Part shown: piece by piece, positions 55,111 to 64,000 of the stretch | Layout: the number at the start of each line of letters is the position of its first letter | Position numbering within the stretch: position 1 is the stretch's first letter | Source of the DNA: an uncultured Opitutales bacterium | GTDB lineage: Bacteria > Verrucomicrobiota > Verrucomicrobiia > Opitutales > UBA2987 | NCBI GenBank assembly: GCA_964542645.1 | Contig: CAZIUG010000003.1 | Location: 130,501-194,500, forward strand | Direction of reading: 5' to 3' | DNA length: 64,000 bases | Translations under genes and position numbers: made by a program | The notes under the pieces: generated by a model | The model's input: the letters and a program-made list of their open reading frames with translations, nothing else | What the model was told of the DNA's origin: nothing | The model's database searches: none

Positions 55111-58100
55111 ATGATTAGGAAATTCACCAATCCGTCTCCCTTGTACAGTTGGGAATACGAACACGATTCTTGCGGGGTGGGGTTTGTTGCGAACATTCGG
55201 GGTGAGCGGTCTCATACGATTATTGACCGGGCGGTAGTTGGGTTAAATAATCTGGCTCACCGGGGTGCGATCGATGCGGATGCGGTGACCGGGGACGGTT
55301 CTGGAATACTGACTCAGATTCCTTATGAGCTCTTTCGAGACTTCCTAAAATCAAAAGGCAAGCAACTCTTCAGAGAATCAGATTTAGCGATCTGTGTTGT
55401 CTTCTTGCCTCGGGATGATGAGTACGCTGAGGCGCATGGGAGGAAGATTATAAGGGATGCGATTGACGGAGAGGATCTCGCTTTTCTAGCTTGGAGGGAA
55501 GTCCCTGTAAATCCAACTTGCTTGGGGAAGACAGCAGAGTTGAGTCGGCCTCTGATTCTTCAGGCGCTCGTGGGCCGCAAGGAAAAGGAGGGAAAAGAGG
55601 AAAGTCTGACTGAAACGGAAGAAGCAGAGGCCTTTGAAAGGAGCTGTTTCTTGGCCATGAAAATGGCTGAGAAGAGGGCGACCGAAGAGAAGTTCGAAGA
55701 TTTTTACATTGTCAGTTTCTCCAGTCGGACGATCACATACAAGGGACTGTTGAGCGCCCCTCAAATACGTCGGTTCTTCCTTGACCTAAAATCTCCTCTC
55801 TACACTTGCGCGTTTGCTATCTTTCACCAACGGTTCGCTACTAATACGATACCTGATTGGACACGGGCTCAACCCTATCGAATGTTGGCTCATAATGGAG
55901 AGATCAACACCATTCGCGGGAACCGAAATTTGATGCGTGCGCGTGGCTTTGCCTCCTCCTTCGGGATTTGGGATGATCGGTTTGCCGACCTGCACCCGAT
56001 AATCCAGCCGGAGATGAGTGATTCGGCAAGTTTTGACAATGCCCTGCAACTGATTGCACTTTCCGGTCGGTCTAGTGTCGAAAGTATATCCATGATGATG
56101 CCGGCATCATGGGAGAAAGATAAAGGTTTGCCGCGAGAAGTTAGGGATTTCTATCATTTCCACTCCACCATGATCGAGCCGTGGGACGGACCCTGTGCTA
56201 TTGTATTCACTGATGGGCGCTTTGTGGGTGCATCCCTGGATCGCAGCGGATTACGGCCCCTCCGCTATAAGGTCTACGATGACGGGACTATTGTCATGGC
56301 TTCAGAGGCCGGGATAATTCCCGACTGGGGAGCCAAGGTAGTGACTAATGGCCGACTGGGACCAAGTAGGATGGTGGCGGTAGACCTTAAGGAAAAAAAA
56401 CTACTTGAAGATGGCGATCGTCAGTCTTACCTAGCCAGACTGGGCGATTTTGGCAAATGGTGCAGGGATTCGATCCATAACCTACACGATCTCTCAAAAG
56501 CCCAGGCCGAATACGATGAGATCTCGGTCGATCCCGAGACTGTGGAGGCCCTTCAGGTAGTATTCGGATACCACTTGGATGAACGCGAATTGGTCCTGAT
56601 GCCCATGGTCGAGACCGGGATGGAGTCCCTCGGCTCAATGGGTGATGATACCCCTCTTGCAGTCCTTTCTCGTCGACCACGACTCCTTTATTCCTATTTC
56701 AAACAACTATTTGCTCAGGTAACGAATCCGGCAATCGATTCCACCCGGGAGCACCTGATGATGTCGTTGAATATGTATTTAGGCGGCCGCTTGGAATTGT
56801 TTGAGGTCAAAGAACTCCCGCACGACCGAGAGTTTCTGGAGTTGGAAACTCCAATTCTCCTGGATCATGAGTATTGGAGGATCTACTCCACAACCTTCCT
56901 TCGTGGCCGTATTCTAAAGTTGGACGCCGTCTTCGAAGCAAGCGAAGGAAAGGCCGCTCTTGAAACTGAGATCCAGGTTCTTAGAAAGAGGGCGCGAACG
57001 GCTGTAGCAATGGAAGGAGTGCGTGTTATTGTCGTTTCCGATCGTAAGGTGAACGAAAACAAGGCACCAATCCCAATGTTGTTAGCAGTTGGGGCGGTTC
57101 ATCAAGAATTGGTTCGAACCGGACAGCGGCTAAAAGCCGATATTGTTGCTGAGACAGGAGAAGTGCGGGATGTCCATCAGGTTGCCTGCCTGGTTGGATT
57201 TGGGGCCAATGCTGTTCATCCTTATCTGGCGCTCGATGTGGTCCGGACTCTGATTTCCCGTCAAGAGACTGGGGGAATCAAAATTGAGGAGGGGGTGGAA
57301 AACTATCGAAACGCCCTTAACAAAGGTCTTCTTAAGATCATGTCCAAAATGGGGATCGGGACTCTTTTTAGCTATCAGGGTGCGCAAATTTTCGAAGCAA
57401 TTGGTTTGGACAAAAAGCTAGTCGAGGACTGTTTTTATGGAACCCCATCTCCAATTGGAGGGATTTCCTATGGAGAGATTGCCGAGGAGGTCCTGGTTCG
57501 GCATGGCAATGCATACGCCAGAGGAATAGAGCCAGTAGCTGTCGAATCGGACGGTTATTTCCAAGCAAAGCGCAATGGCGGTGAATTCCACAACTTGAAT
57601 CCGAAGGTCGTTTCGGGGATGAATAAATTCCTCCGGAAGAGCGGCCTTGAAGGTTTTGAACTCTTCAAAACAGTGAGCGATGAGCATGTTCCTGTGGCTC
57701 CAAGAGATCTACTGAAGTTAAGATTCCCTAACGAGGAGATCCTGTTGGGTAATGTGGAGTCAGTTGAGGAAATTCGTCGACGTTTTACTACAGCAGGCAT
57801 GTCTTTGGGAGCCCTTTCCCCGGAGGCACATGAATGTCTTGCTATAGCTATGAACAGTATCGGGGGAAAGTCGAATTGCGGAGAAGGTGGTGAAGATCCA
57901 AAGCGGTTTTCTCTTTTGGAAACTGGCGAGAATGCAAATAGCGCAATTAAGCAAGTGGCTAGCGGGCGGTTTGGAGTTACGGCAGAGTACCTAGCTAATG
58001 CCAAGGAAATAGAAATCAAAATTGCCCAAGGGGCAAAACCTGGAGAAGGAGGTCAGATTCCGGGTCACAAAGTCTCTGAAATAATAGCACGTCTCCGTTA

Positions 58101-59691
58101 TAGCGTTCCAGGGGTGCCCCTTATTTCTCCGCCACCGCATCACGATATCTACTCAATCGAGGATCTTGCCCAGCTAATTTTTGACCTCAAGGAAGTTAAC
58201 CCGCGGGCAAAGGTGTGTGTTAAGTTGGTTTCTAGTTCCGGAGTTGGTACGATTGCGGTGGGGGTGACGAAAGCATATGCTGACATTATTCTTGTTTCAG
58301 GACATGAAGGAGGGACTGGCGCTTCGCCTTTATCTTCAATTAAAAATGCTGGATCAGCTTGGGAAATTGGGATTGCGGAGGTTCACCAGATTCTCATGAT
58401 GAATGGTCTTCGTAATCGAGTGACCCTGAGGACTGACGGAGGGATGCGGACGGGGCGTGATATTGTGATCGCGGCGATACTTGGAGCAGAGGAATACAAT
58501 TTCGGAACCGCGGCCTTGATTGCTGCTGGTTGCGCTATGTTTCGGGTCTGTCATCTTAATACTTGTCCTGTAGGAGTGGCCACCCAGGATGAAAAGCTTA
58601 GGGAGAAATTTAGGGGAAAAGCTGAAAATGTTGTTAGGTTTTTTAATGCGGTGGCAGAAGATGTTCGCCGATATCTGGCAAAATTGGGGTATTCGAGGCT
58701 TGAGGATATTATTGGGAGAACTGATCTCGTTGAGCAGATTGAAGATCCGGAGAATCCAAAAACTAAGAAAATCGATCTTTCACCAATACTCTTCAACCCG
58801 GATCTCTCAGGGGATCTCCCGAGGGTTAATACGCGCAGTCGTAATGACAGTCCCGGCCATGAGGGGTCCCTCGATCATCAGATTTTACAGGATGCAAGGA
58901 GTGCGATCCTGCAGAAACGTAGGCGTTATGTCGGCACTTACACGATTAACAACACGCACCGTGACGTTGGTACGCGCCTATCAGGTGAAATTGCCTACAT
59001 GTATGGTAACCGAGGATTGAAGCAGGGATCACTAGATCTTACTTTTCGAGGAAGCGCAGGACAAAGTTTTGGTGCTTTTCTTGTTCCTGGCGTTCACTTG
59101 CGGTTGATGGGTGAGGCTAATGACTACGTAGGCAAGGGTATGCATGGTGGCCAAATTATAGTTCGTCCAAACGAGGAGGAGACCTTCACGTGGCACGAGA
59201 ACTTCATCTTGGGGAACACCTGTATCTACGGAGCGACGGGCGGGTTTCTTTTTGCTGCCGGAAGCACGGGTCAACGATTTGCAGTCAGAAACTCCGGAGC
59301 TACCGCGGTTGTCGAAGGTGTCGGCGATCACGGGTGCGAATACATGACTCGAGGTACAGTTGTGGTGTTGGGTCCGACGGGGAGGAATTTTGGTGCTGGA
59401 ATGAGCGGTGGGCTGGCTTTTGTCTACGATTCCGATCTAACGTTTAAGGACAGAGTCAATCTGGAAATGGTGAGTATTGAAGGAATGCAGTTCGATGAGG
59501 AGGCCGAGGAATTACGCAAACTGATTCACCTCTATGCTAAGTTGACGGGAAGTCCCTATGCTCGTAAGGTTCTTAAAGATTGGGAAGGGGCGATCCTAAG
59601 GTTTCGAAAAGTGATACCAAATGCTCTTTCTACAGATACCGTTTACCCTCAGTATCAATTCGATATTCACGCACAAGCTTTAGCTGTATAG
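55111..59691 (+). CDS. gltB: Glutamate synthase large subunit
   Basis: 1526 aa. The Ntn amidotransferase Cys is in EHDSCGVGFVA. The central and FMN domains show SPPPHHDIYSIEDL and GHEGGTGASP. The C-terminal beta-helix domain shows GDHGCEYMTRG. Confidence 0.95.
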   Translation: MIRKFTNPSPLYSWEYEHDSCGVGFVANIRGERSHTIIDRAVVGLNNLAHRGAIDADAVTGDGSGILTQIPYELFRDFLKSKGKQLFRESDLAICVVFLPRDDEYAEAHGRKIIRDAIDGEDLAFLAWREVPVNPTCLGKTAELSRPLILQALVGRKEKEGKEESLTETEEAEAFERSCFLAMKMAEKRATEEKFEDFYIVSFSSRTITYKGLLSAPQIRRFFLDLKSPLYTCAFAIFHQRFATNTIPDWTRAQPYRMLAHNGEINTIRGNRNLMRARGFASSFGIWDDRFADLHPIIQPEMSDSASFDNALQLIALSGRSSVESISMMMPASWEKDKGLPREVRDFYHFHSTMIEPWDGPCAIVFTDGRFVGASLDRSGLRPLRYKVYDDGTIVMASEAGIIPDWGAKVVTNGRLGPSRMVAVDLKEKKLLEDGDRQSYLARLGDFGKWCRDSIHNLHDLSKAQAEYDEISVDPETVEALQVVFGYHLDERELVLMPMVETGMESLGSMGDDTPLAVLSRRPRLLYSYFKQLFAQVTNPAIDSTREHLMMSLNMYLGGRLELFEVKELPHDREFLELETPILLDHEYWRIYSTTFLRGRILKLDAVFEASEGKAALETEIQVLRKRARTAVAMEGVRVIVVSDRKVNENKAPIPMLLAVGAVHQELVRTGQRLKADIVAETGEVRDVHQVACLVGFGANAVHPYLALDVVRTLISRQETGGIKIEEGVENYRNALNKGLLKIMSKMGIGTLFSYQGAQIFEAIGLDKKLVEDCFYGTPSPIGGISYGEIAEEVLVRHGNAYARGIEPVAVESDGYFQAKRNGGEFHNLNPKVVSGMNKFLRKSGLEGFELFKTVSDEHVPVAPRDLLKLRFPNEEILLGNVESVEEIRRRFTTAGMSLGALSPEAHECLAIAMNSIGGKSNCGEGGEDPKRFSLLETGENANSAIKQVASGRFGVTAEYLANAKEIEIKIAQGAKPGEGGQIPGHKVSEIIARLRYSVPGVPLISPPPHHDIYSIEDLAQLIFDLKEVNPRAKVCVKLVSSSGVGTIAVGVTKAYADIILVSGHEGGTGASPLSSIKNAGSAWEIGIAEVHQILMMNGLRNRVTLRTDGGMRTGRDIVIAAILGAEEYNFGTAALIAAGCAMFRVCHLNTCPVGVATQDEKLREKFRGKAENVVRFFNAVAEDVRRYLAKLGYSRLEDIIGRTDLVEQIEDPENPKTKKIDLSPILFNPDLSGDLPRVNTRSRNDSPGHEGSLDHQILQDARSAILQKRRRYVGTYTINNTHRDVGTRLSGEIAYMYGNRGLKQGSLDLTFRGSAGQSFGAFLVPGVHLRLMGEANDYVGKGMHGGQIIVRPNEEETFTWHENFILGNTCIYGATGGFLFAAGSTGQRFAVRNSGATAVVEGVGDHGCEYMTRGTVVVLGPTGRNFGAGMSGGLAFVYDSDLTFKDRVNLEMVSIEGMQFDEEAEELRKLIHLYAKLTGSPYARKVLKDWEGAILRFRKVIPNALSTDTVYPQYQFDIHAQALAV

Positions 59692-59818
59692 TTTTAAAAT
59701 TCAACTGGGCTTGGAAGGATTAAAGTCGTTTCTCGCTCGACTTGCTTAATTCTTTGGGGATTTGGTCTGCTAGGACTCTTTTGACAGGTTCCAAACAATT
59801 CATAAGACTGCGCGACCA

Positions 59819-61408
59819 ATGAAGGGGGAGAATAGAGAGACTCGCATCCTTATAATCGATGATGATGCCGAGATTAGGTACTCGATTCACCGGGTGCTTT
59901 CCAGAGGCGGATACTCGGTTTCGCTGGCAGGTAGTGGAGATGAAGGTCTGAAGAAAGCCGAAAACGAAAATCCCGATGTTGTCTTTCTTGATAATCGAAT
60001 GGAAGGAATGTCCGGAATTGAAACCCTTCAGCGCCTTCTCGATTTGAATCCTAACTTTGTTGTTTTGATCATGACCGCTTACGGCACCCCCCAGACTTCA
60101 ATTGAAGCAATGAAATTCGGGGCCTATGATTTCATCTTGAAACCTTTTGATTCGGAAAAGTTGCTGGGTCTTACGGCACGGGCTTATCGAGCCCGTTGCA
60201 ATCTTGAAAAATCAGCTGGCGAGGAGTACTCACTGGTCGATTCGGATGACTACAAGGACAGTATGGTAGGAAATTCAGATGCAATGCAGGCCGTCTATAA
60301 GACGATTGGGCAGGTTGCAGCGAGCGATGTTACTGTCCTAATATCCGGAGAAAGCGGGACTGGGAAGGAACTTGTGGCAAAGTGTATCTGTAACCATAGC
60401 CTCCGTGAGAAAAAGTCCTATGTGGCAGTCAATTGTGCTGCTTTGCCGGACAATCTCATTGAAAGCGAACTTTTTGGACATGAAAGAGGATCCTTTACGG
60501 GTGCTACGGCACAAAAAATCGGGAAATTTGAACTTTGCGATGGCGGAACAATCTTTCTCGATGAAGTTGGCGATATGTCGCCCCTAACGCAAACGAAGCT
60601 CTTGCGTGTTCTTCAGGAGGGAGAGTTTCAGAGAGTTGGAGGTAACGAGACTATAAGGGTAGATGTAAGAGTAATCGCAGCTACAAACCGGGATCTCGAA
60701 GAAATGGTTGCTCATAGTAAGTTTCGGGAGGATCTTTACTACCGTCTTAACGTCGTTCGCATTCGCTTGCCAGCCTTGAGAGCAAGAACTGAGGATATTC
60801 CTGCTCTTATCGATTTTATCCTACGCAGAGTTTCTAACAAAGGTCAGACAAGAGTGAGGGCCTTCTCGGAGGAATCGCTATCAATGATGATGAAGTATAA
60901 CTGGCCGGGAAACGTTCGGGAATTAGAGAACGTTGTGCAGCACTGCACCGTTATTGCACAAGGAGAGATTATCCTCCCTGATGACTTGCCGGATCAGATT
61001 CTTCCTGATGGGGCAAGTAAAAACTCGGAGATTAGCGACCAGGGTTTTGGATCCGGATTGCCCTCGGATAGAGAGCAGCATGGAGTATTATCGGCTGGGT
61101 CGGAGTTAGACAATGCGAGCTCCTTGCTTTCAGAGATGGTAGAAGTTGATCGTAACTCTTCTCGATCGATGTTGAAGGGTGTAGACAAAGAAATCAGTTT
61201 AGATACCGAGTCAGACGCTGCTTATGATCGGGTATTCGCTGAACTTCGCCGTCAATCGGACCAATCTATTCTACGTACTCTTGAGATCGAAATGATTCAT
61301 CGGGCACTCAAAGAAACTGGCGGGAATCAAGTAAAAGCGTCAGCCCTTCTCGGCATAACACGGGCCACTTTGAGAAAGAGGATAGAACAATACTCCATCC
61401 GTTACTAG
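59819..61408 (+). CDS. Sigma-54-dependent response regulator (NtrC-family enhancer-binding protein)
   Basis: 529 aa. The receiver domain is ILIIDDD...VVFLDNRMEGMSG. The AAA+ domain has GESGTGKE, ESELFGHERGSFTGA (a GAFTGA variant) and NVRELEN. The C-terminal Fis-type HTH is ASALLGITRATLRKRIEQY. Confidence 0.9.
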   Translation: MKGENRETRILIIDDDAEIRYSIHRVLSRGGYSVSLAGSGDEGLKKAENENPDVVFLDNRMEGMSGIETLQRLLDLNPNFVVLIMTAYGTPQTSIEAMKFGAYDFILKPFDSEKLLGLTARAYRARCNLEKSAGEEYSLVDSDDYKDSMVGNSDAMQAVYKTIGQVAASDVTVLISGESGTGKELVAKCICNHSLREKKSYVAVNCAALPDNLIESELFGHERGSFTGATAQKIGKFELCDGGTIFLDEVGDMSPLTQTKLLRVLQEGEFQRVGGNETIRVDVRVIAATNRDLEEMVAHSKFREDLYYRLNVVRIRLPALRARTEDIPALIDFILRRVSNKGQTRVRAFSEESLSMMMKYNWPGNVRELENVVQHCTVIAQGEIILPDDLPDQILPDGASKNSEISDQGFGSGLPSDREQHGVLSAGSELDNASSLLSEMVEVDRNSSRSMLKGVDKEISLDTESDAAYDRVFAELRRQSDQSILRTLEIEMIHRALKETGGNQVKASALLGITRATLRKRIEQYSIRY

Positions 61409-61494
61409 GAATCCTTTGGAATGACAAGTGTTGTGAAGAAACCTGAGATCTTACAGATTTCAAATCTCTCGCGATCGCATTAACCGAATGGTTG

Positions 61495-62586
61495 CTAACC
61501 ATATCGCCTCTCGAATTCGCCTAAAAATCCGATGAGGGCTTTAACCCCTTCGATTGGCATTGCGTTATATAGGGAAGCCCTCAGGCCGCCGATCGCCCGA
61601 TGTCCCTTTAAGGCGTAGAGGCCTTCTTTCTCAGCCTCATTCAGCAATCTTGCCAACAGACCTTCCCTTGCAAGATCAAATACTACGTTCATAATTGAAC
61701 GATGTTCGGGTAAGGCAAAGGTCTTATAGAATTGTGTTCCGTCGAGATATCTATAAAGAAGAGCTGCTTTCTTCTCGTTAATTTTCTCCACTGCGGCAAT
61801 TCCTCCCTGAGACTTTAACCACTGTAAGACTCTATTCGCCAGAAAGATAGAAAATGTGTTGGTCGTGTTGACGAGAGACTCCTTCTCTTCGATTAGAGTA
61901 TAGTTGAGGAGAGGTGGAGTCGATGGTGAAGCAAAGCCAAGTAAATCTTTGCGAATTAATGCGATTGATAAGCCGGAGGGCCCAAGATTTTTCTGGAAGC
62001 CCGCGTAGACCATACCAAACTTTGAATAATCTACTTCTCGGGATAGAATTTCCGAGGTAGCATCCACAATGAGTGGAAGGGAGTCAGTGTTGGGAAAATG
62101 CTGCCATCGAGTTCCGAAAATTGTATTGTTGCTTGTAATGTGGAGATAGGAAGCATTTGAGTCTATCTTACTATCCGGTAGATTGGGAATCCGATCGAAG
62201 TGAGTGTTTTCACTGCTTGCGATTGTTTCAACGGTACTGAAGATCTTCGCATCTTCGGCCGCGATCTTGGACCAATATCCTGAGACAACGTAGAGGGCTT
62301 TACGAGAAGGTCGTCGGGCGATGAGATTCAGCGGGAGAGCAGAGAAGTGCATACGAGCACCGCCATGCATATAAAGAATTTGATGTGAACTAGGAAGGGT
62401 GGTTAGATCACTAAAAAGTTGCGATGTCTCATCCATCAGTTCACGAAATTCCTTTGATCGATGACTGATCTCGATAATAGAAGCGCCTATTTTCTGATAG
62501 TCGGGTAATTCTGCCTGAACCCGTTCAATTACTGGGGTTGGAAGCATTGCGGGTCCCCCGCTGAAGTTATAGACACGAGAGGTCAT
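61495..62586 (-). CDS. serC: Phosphoserine aminotransferase
   Basis: 363 aa with YNFSGGPAMLP at the N-terminus, class V aminotransferase layout, and FQKNLGPSG at the PLP-Lys region. Confidence 0.9.
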   Translation of the reverse strand: MTSRVYNFSGGPAMLPTPVIERVQAELPDYQKIGASIIEISHRSKEFRELMDETSQLFSDLTTLPSSHQILYMHGGARMHFSALPLNLIARRPSRKALYVVSGYWSKIAAEDAKIFSTVETIASSENTHFDRIPNLPDSKIDSNASYLHITSNNTIFGTRWQHFPNTDSLPLIVDATSEILSREVDYSKFGMVYAGFQKNLGPSGLSIALIRKDLLGFASPSTPPLLNYTLIEEKESLVNTTNTFSIFLANRVLQWLKSQGGIAAVEKINEKKAALLYRYLDGTQFYKTFALPEHRSIMNVVFDLAREGLLARLLNEAEKEGLYALKGHRAIGGLRASLYNAMPIEGVKALIGFLGEFERRYG

Positions 62587-62697
62587 GAAATTCTAACTAT
62601 TTTCGTAAATTTCGGCTCCATTTATTTCCAAGTATTCTATATTAAAATAATCAACTACGTTATGGAAAGTGAATTTGCAGTAGGGAAACAATTGCTT

Positions 62698-64000
62698 ATG
62701 AAAGTACTAGTTGCAGATCCAATCTCGGAGAGTGGACTGAAATATCTCGAGAGCGAACCTAATATCGAGGTGCTCAATGCAACTTCTGTCCAGAAAAGTG
62801 AACTCCTGAAGTTGGCAATTGATGTCGACGCTATAATTGTAAGAAGTGAGACCGTTGTTTCGGCTGACCTTTTGGAGGTTGCTTCCGAGCTAAAGGTTGT
62901 TGGGCGTGCTGGCGTTGGTTTGGACAACATCGATCTCGAAGAAGCGACCCAGAGGGGTGTTGTCGTCATGAATACTCCAGAGGGTAATACTGTCGCAACC
63001 GCGGAGTTGACAATGACTCATCTTCTCTGTTCAGCGCGGCCGATAACGCAAGCATATATGAAACTCAACGCAGGCGAGTGGGAACGGAAGAATTTTTCCG
63101 GCTCCGAGCTTCGCGGAAAGACCCTCGGTATAATCGGAATGGGGCGAATTGGAGGCGAAGTGGCAAAGAGGGCGAAAGGATTCGATATGCGGATTATCGG
63201 ATACGATCCCCATGTAACAGAGGATCGTATTAATTCCCTTGAGGTAGATAGGGTTGAGCTCAAGGAACTTTTCCGGCGAGCAGATTTTGTGACGGTGCAC
63301 ATTCCACTCACCGATTCTAGTCGACACCTGATCGATGCAAGAGCTCTTGATCAGATGAAGGAAGGGGTTCGAATCATTAACTGTGCTCGCGGGGGAATTG
63401 TTAAAGAGGCGGATTTGGTTAAAGCACTGCGTTCAGGGAAAGTCGCTGCTGCTGGAATGGATGTTTTTGAAAAGGAACCATTGCCGAAAGACAGCGAACT
63501 CCGTAATTGTCCGAATCTAGTTATTTCCCCGCATTTAGGTGCCTCGACCGAGGAGGCGCAGGAGAGCGTGGGGCTTGAAATCTCGAAGGCTGTAACCGAG
63601 ATGCTCAATGGAGGAATTATTCGGAATGCGGTAAATATGCCGGTTATGGACAGGCGCACGTTCATGATAATTAAGCCTTATTTGGACCTTGGTTCAAGAT
63701 TAGGCACCGTCTTGCAACAGATTGTACCAGAAAGAATCGAAAGGCTGAAGATTGTCTATTCTGGCAGGCTAAACGATTTGAATCTTGTTCCTCTCACGCG
63801 GAGCATTCAATGTGGATTCCTGCGTCGGATTAGCGGCAGAAAGATCAATGAGGTAAATGCGCCCACCTACATGAGACGACTGGGAATCACGGTTGACTTC
63901 GTTGTATCTAGTTCGGGGACAGACTACACTGAATTAGTCAGGCTTGAGGCACACGATGTGCTGCAGAACCTTCACTCGGTCGAAGGCACTTTAATGGGGA
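62698..64000 (+). CDS. serA: D-3-phosphoglycerate dehydrogenase, 3' end cut by window edge (absent from the supplied ORF track)
   Basis: I translated frame 1 from ATG 62698 by hand: MKVLVADPISESGLKYLE...VVGRAGVGLDNIDLEEAT...GKTLGIIGMGRIGGEV...NCARGGIVKE...ISPHLGASTEEAQ. No stop in the stretches I hand-translated (62698 to about 63030 and 63001 to about 63720); absence of a + ORF in the track is consistent with it running off the window. The three minus-strand track ORFs here are antisense shadows. Confidence 0.9.
   Translation, partial: MKVLVADPISESGLKYLESEPNIEVLNATSVQKSELLKLAIDVDAIIVRSETVVSADLLEVASELKVVGRAGVGLDNIDLEEATQRGVVVMNTPEGNTVATAELTMTHLLCSARPITQAYMKLNAGEWERKNFSGSELRGKTLGIIGMGRIGGEVAKRAKGFDMRIIGYDPHVTEDRINSLEVDRVELKELFRRADFVTVHIPLTDSSRHLIDARALDQMKEGVRIINCARGGIVKEADLVKALRSGKVAAAGMDVFEKEPLPKDSELRNCPNLVISPHLGASTEEAQESVGLEISKAVTEMLNGGIIRNAVNMPVMDRRTFMIIKPYLDLGSRLGTVLQQIVPERIERLKIVYSGRLNDLNLVPLTRSIQCGFLRRISGRKINEVNAPTYMRRLGITVDFVVSSSGTDYTELVRLEAHDVLQNLHSVEGTLMG

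Noticed and set aside
56978-56986. TTCTTAGAA core inside gltB
   Set aside because: This is a coding-region occurrence without the extended flanks of the 18-nt element. I treat it as a chance match, and it shows that the 9-mer alone is not diagnostic.
57555-58019. 154-aa minus-strand ORF and several other 60-140 aa ORFs inside 55111-59691
   Set aside because: All overlap gltB, whose reading frame is continuous and carries family motifs throughout. They are shadow ORFs.
61409-61494. Possible bidirectional terminator between the convergent regulator and serC genes
   Set aside because: Only a weak AT-rich 4-6 bp inverted repeat (AGATTT/AAATCT) with a minimal loop and no flanking T or A tracts. 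It is not convincing.
62655-63665. Three minus-strand ORFs (104, 97/98 and 104 aa) listed in the track
   Set aside because: Manual translation of frame +1 from ATG 62698 gives an uninterrupted SerA sequence across this region. The minus-strand ORFs are antisense artefacts, and the true gene is missing from the track because it runs off the window.
1-64000. Looked for CRISPR arrays, rRNA/tRNA genes, integrases, transposases, long direct or inverted terminal repeats, and phage or defence genes
   Set aside because: No regularly spaced repeats and no tRNA-like T-arm/acceptor patterns were seen. The only GGTTCGAG-like string, near 8953, has no complementary stem. No recombinase, nuclease or ATPase defence-type ORF is present. 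The island shows no visible mobility signature at its borders.

Overview
All calls below come from reading the translated ORFs and the DNA by eye; no searches were run. The window has two parts.

**Housekeeping flanks**
- Left flank (1-3604): a UDP-sugar pyrophosphorylase cut by the window edge, a PgcA-like phosphohexomutase, and queF.
- Right flank (50989-64000): parE-parC (short, Bacteroidota-like form), gltB, an orphan sigma-54 response regulator, serC, and a serA that runs off the window. The supplied ORF track does not list this serA.

**Central block (about 3968-50969, roughly 47 kb, about 40 genes)**
- 8 PhyH-type and 1 TauD-type Fe(II)/2-oxoglutarate oxygenases.
- 4 BNR/Asp-box beta-propellers, one of them a complete GH33 sialidase, plus 2 further propeller proteins.
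- 4 enolase-superfamily enzymes.
- A leaderless Cys-type sulfatase, a CE4 deacetylase and a serine hydrolase.
- M55, M19 and amidohydrolase metallo-hydrolases, an HpcH aldolase, a DMFase-like protein, and at least 10 NAD(P)/FMN oxidoreductases.
- Only one transporter (MFS) and no recognisable regulator.
- No hydrolase N-terminus looks like a signal peptide.

I found no rRNA, tRNA, CRISPR array, integrase, transposase or long repeat.

**Most notable observations**
1. The family composition of the block does not match any pathway I know.
2. A co-directional run holds a GH33 sialidase, a CE4 deacetylase, NIPSNAP and three PhyH-type oxygenases, with no nanA/nanE/nanK.
3. Two or three PhyH paralogues appear, by eye alignment, to lack the canonical HxD carboxylate. 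They read H-G-S, H-C-A and W-H-A-H.
4. An 18-nt element, identical at 17 of 18 positions, sits in two distant promoters. Related TTCTnAGAA cores occur in other intergenic regions.

Shine-Dalgarno-like GGAG/AAGGA motifs precede many starts. I used them to shorten several ORF-track N-terminal extensions. The gene content suggests a marine PVC- or FCB-type heterotroph, but taxonomy cannot be settled from this window.
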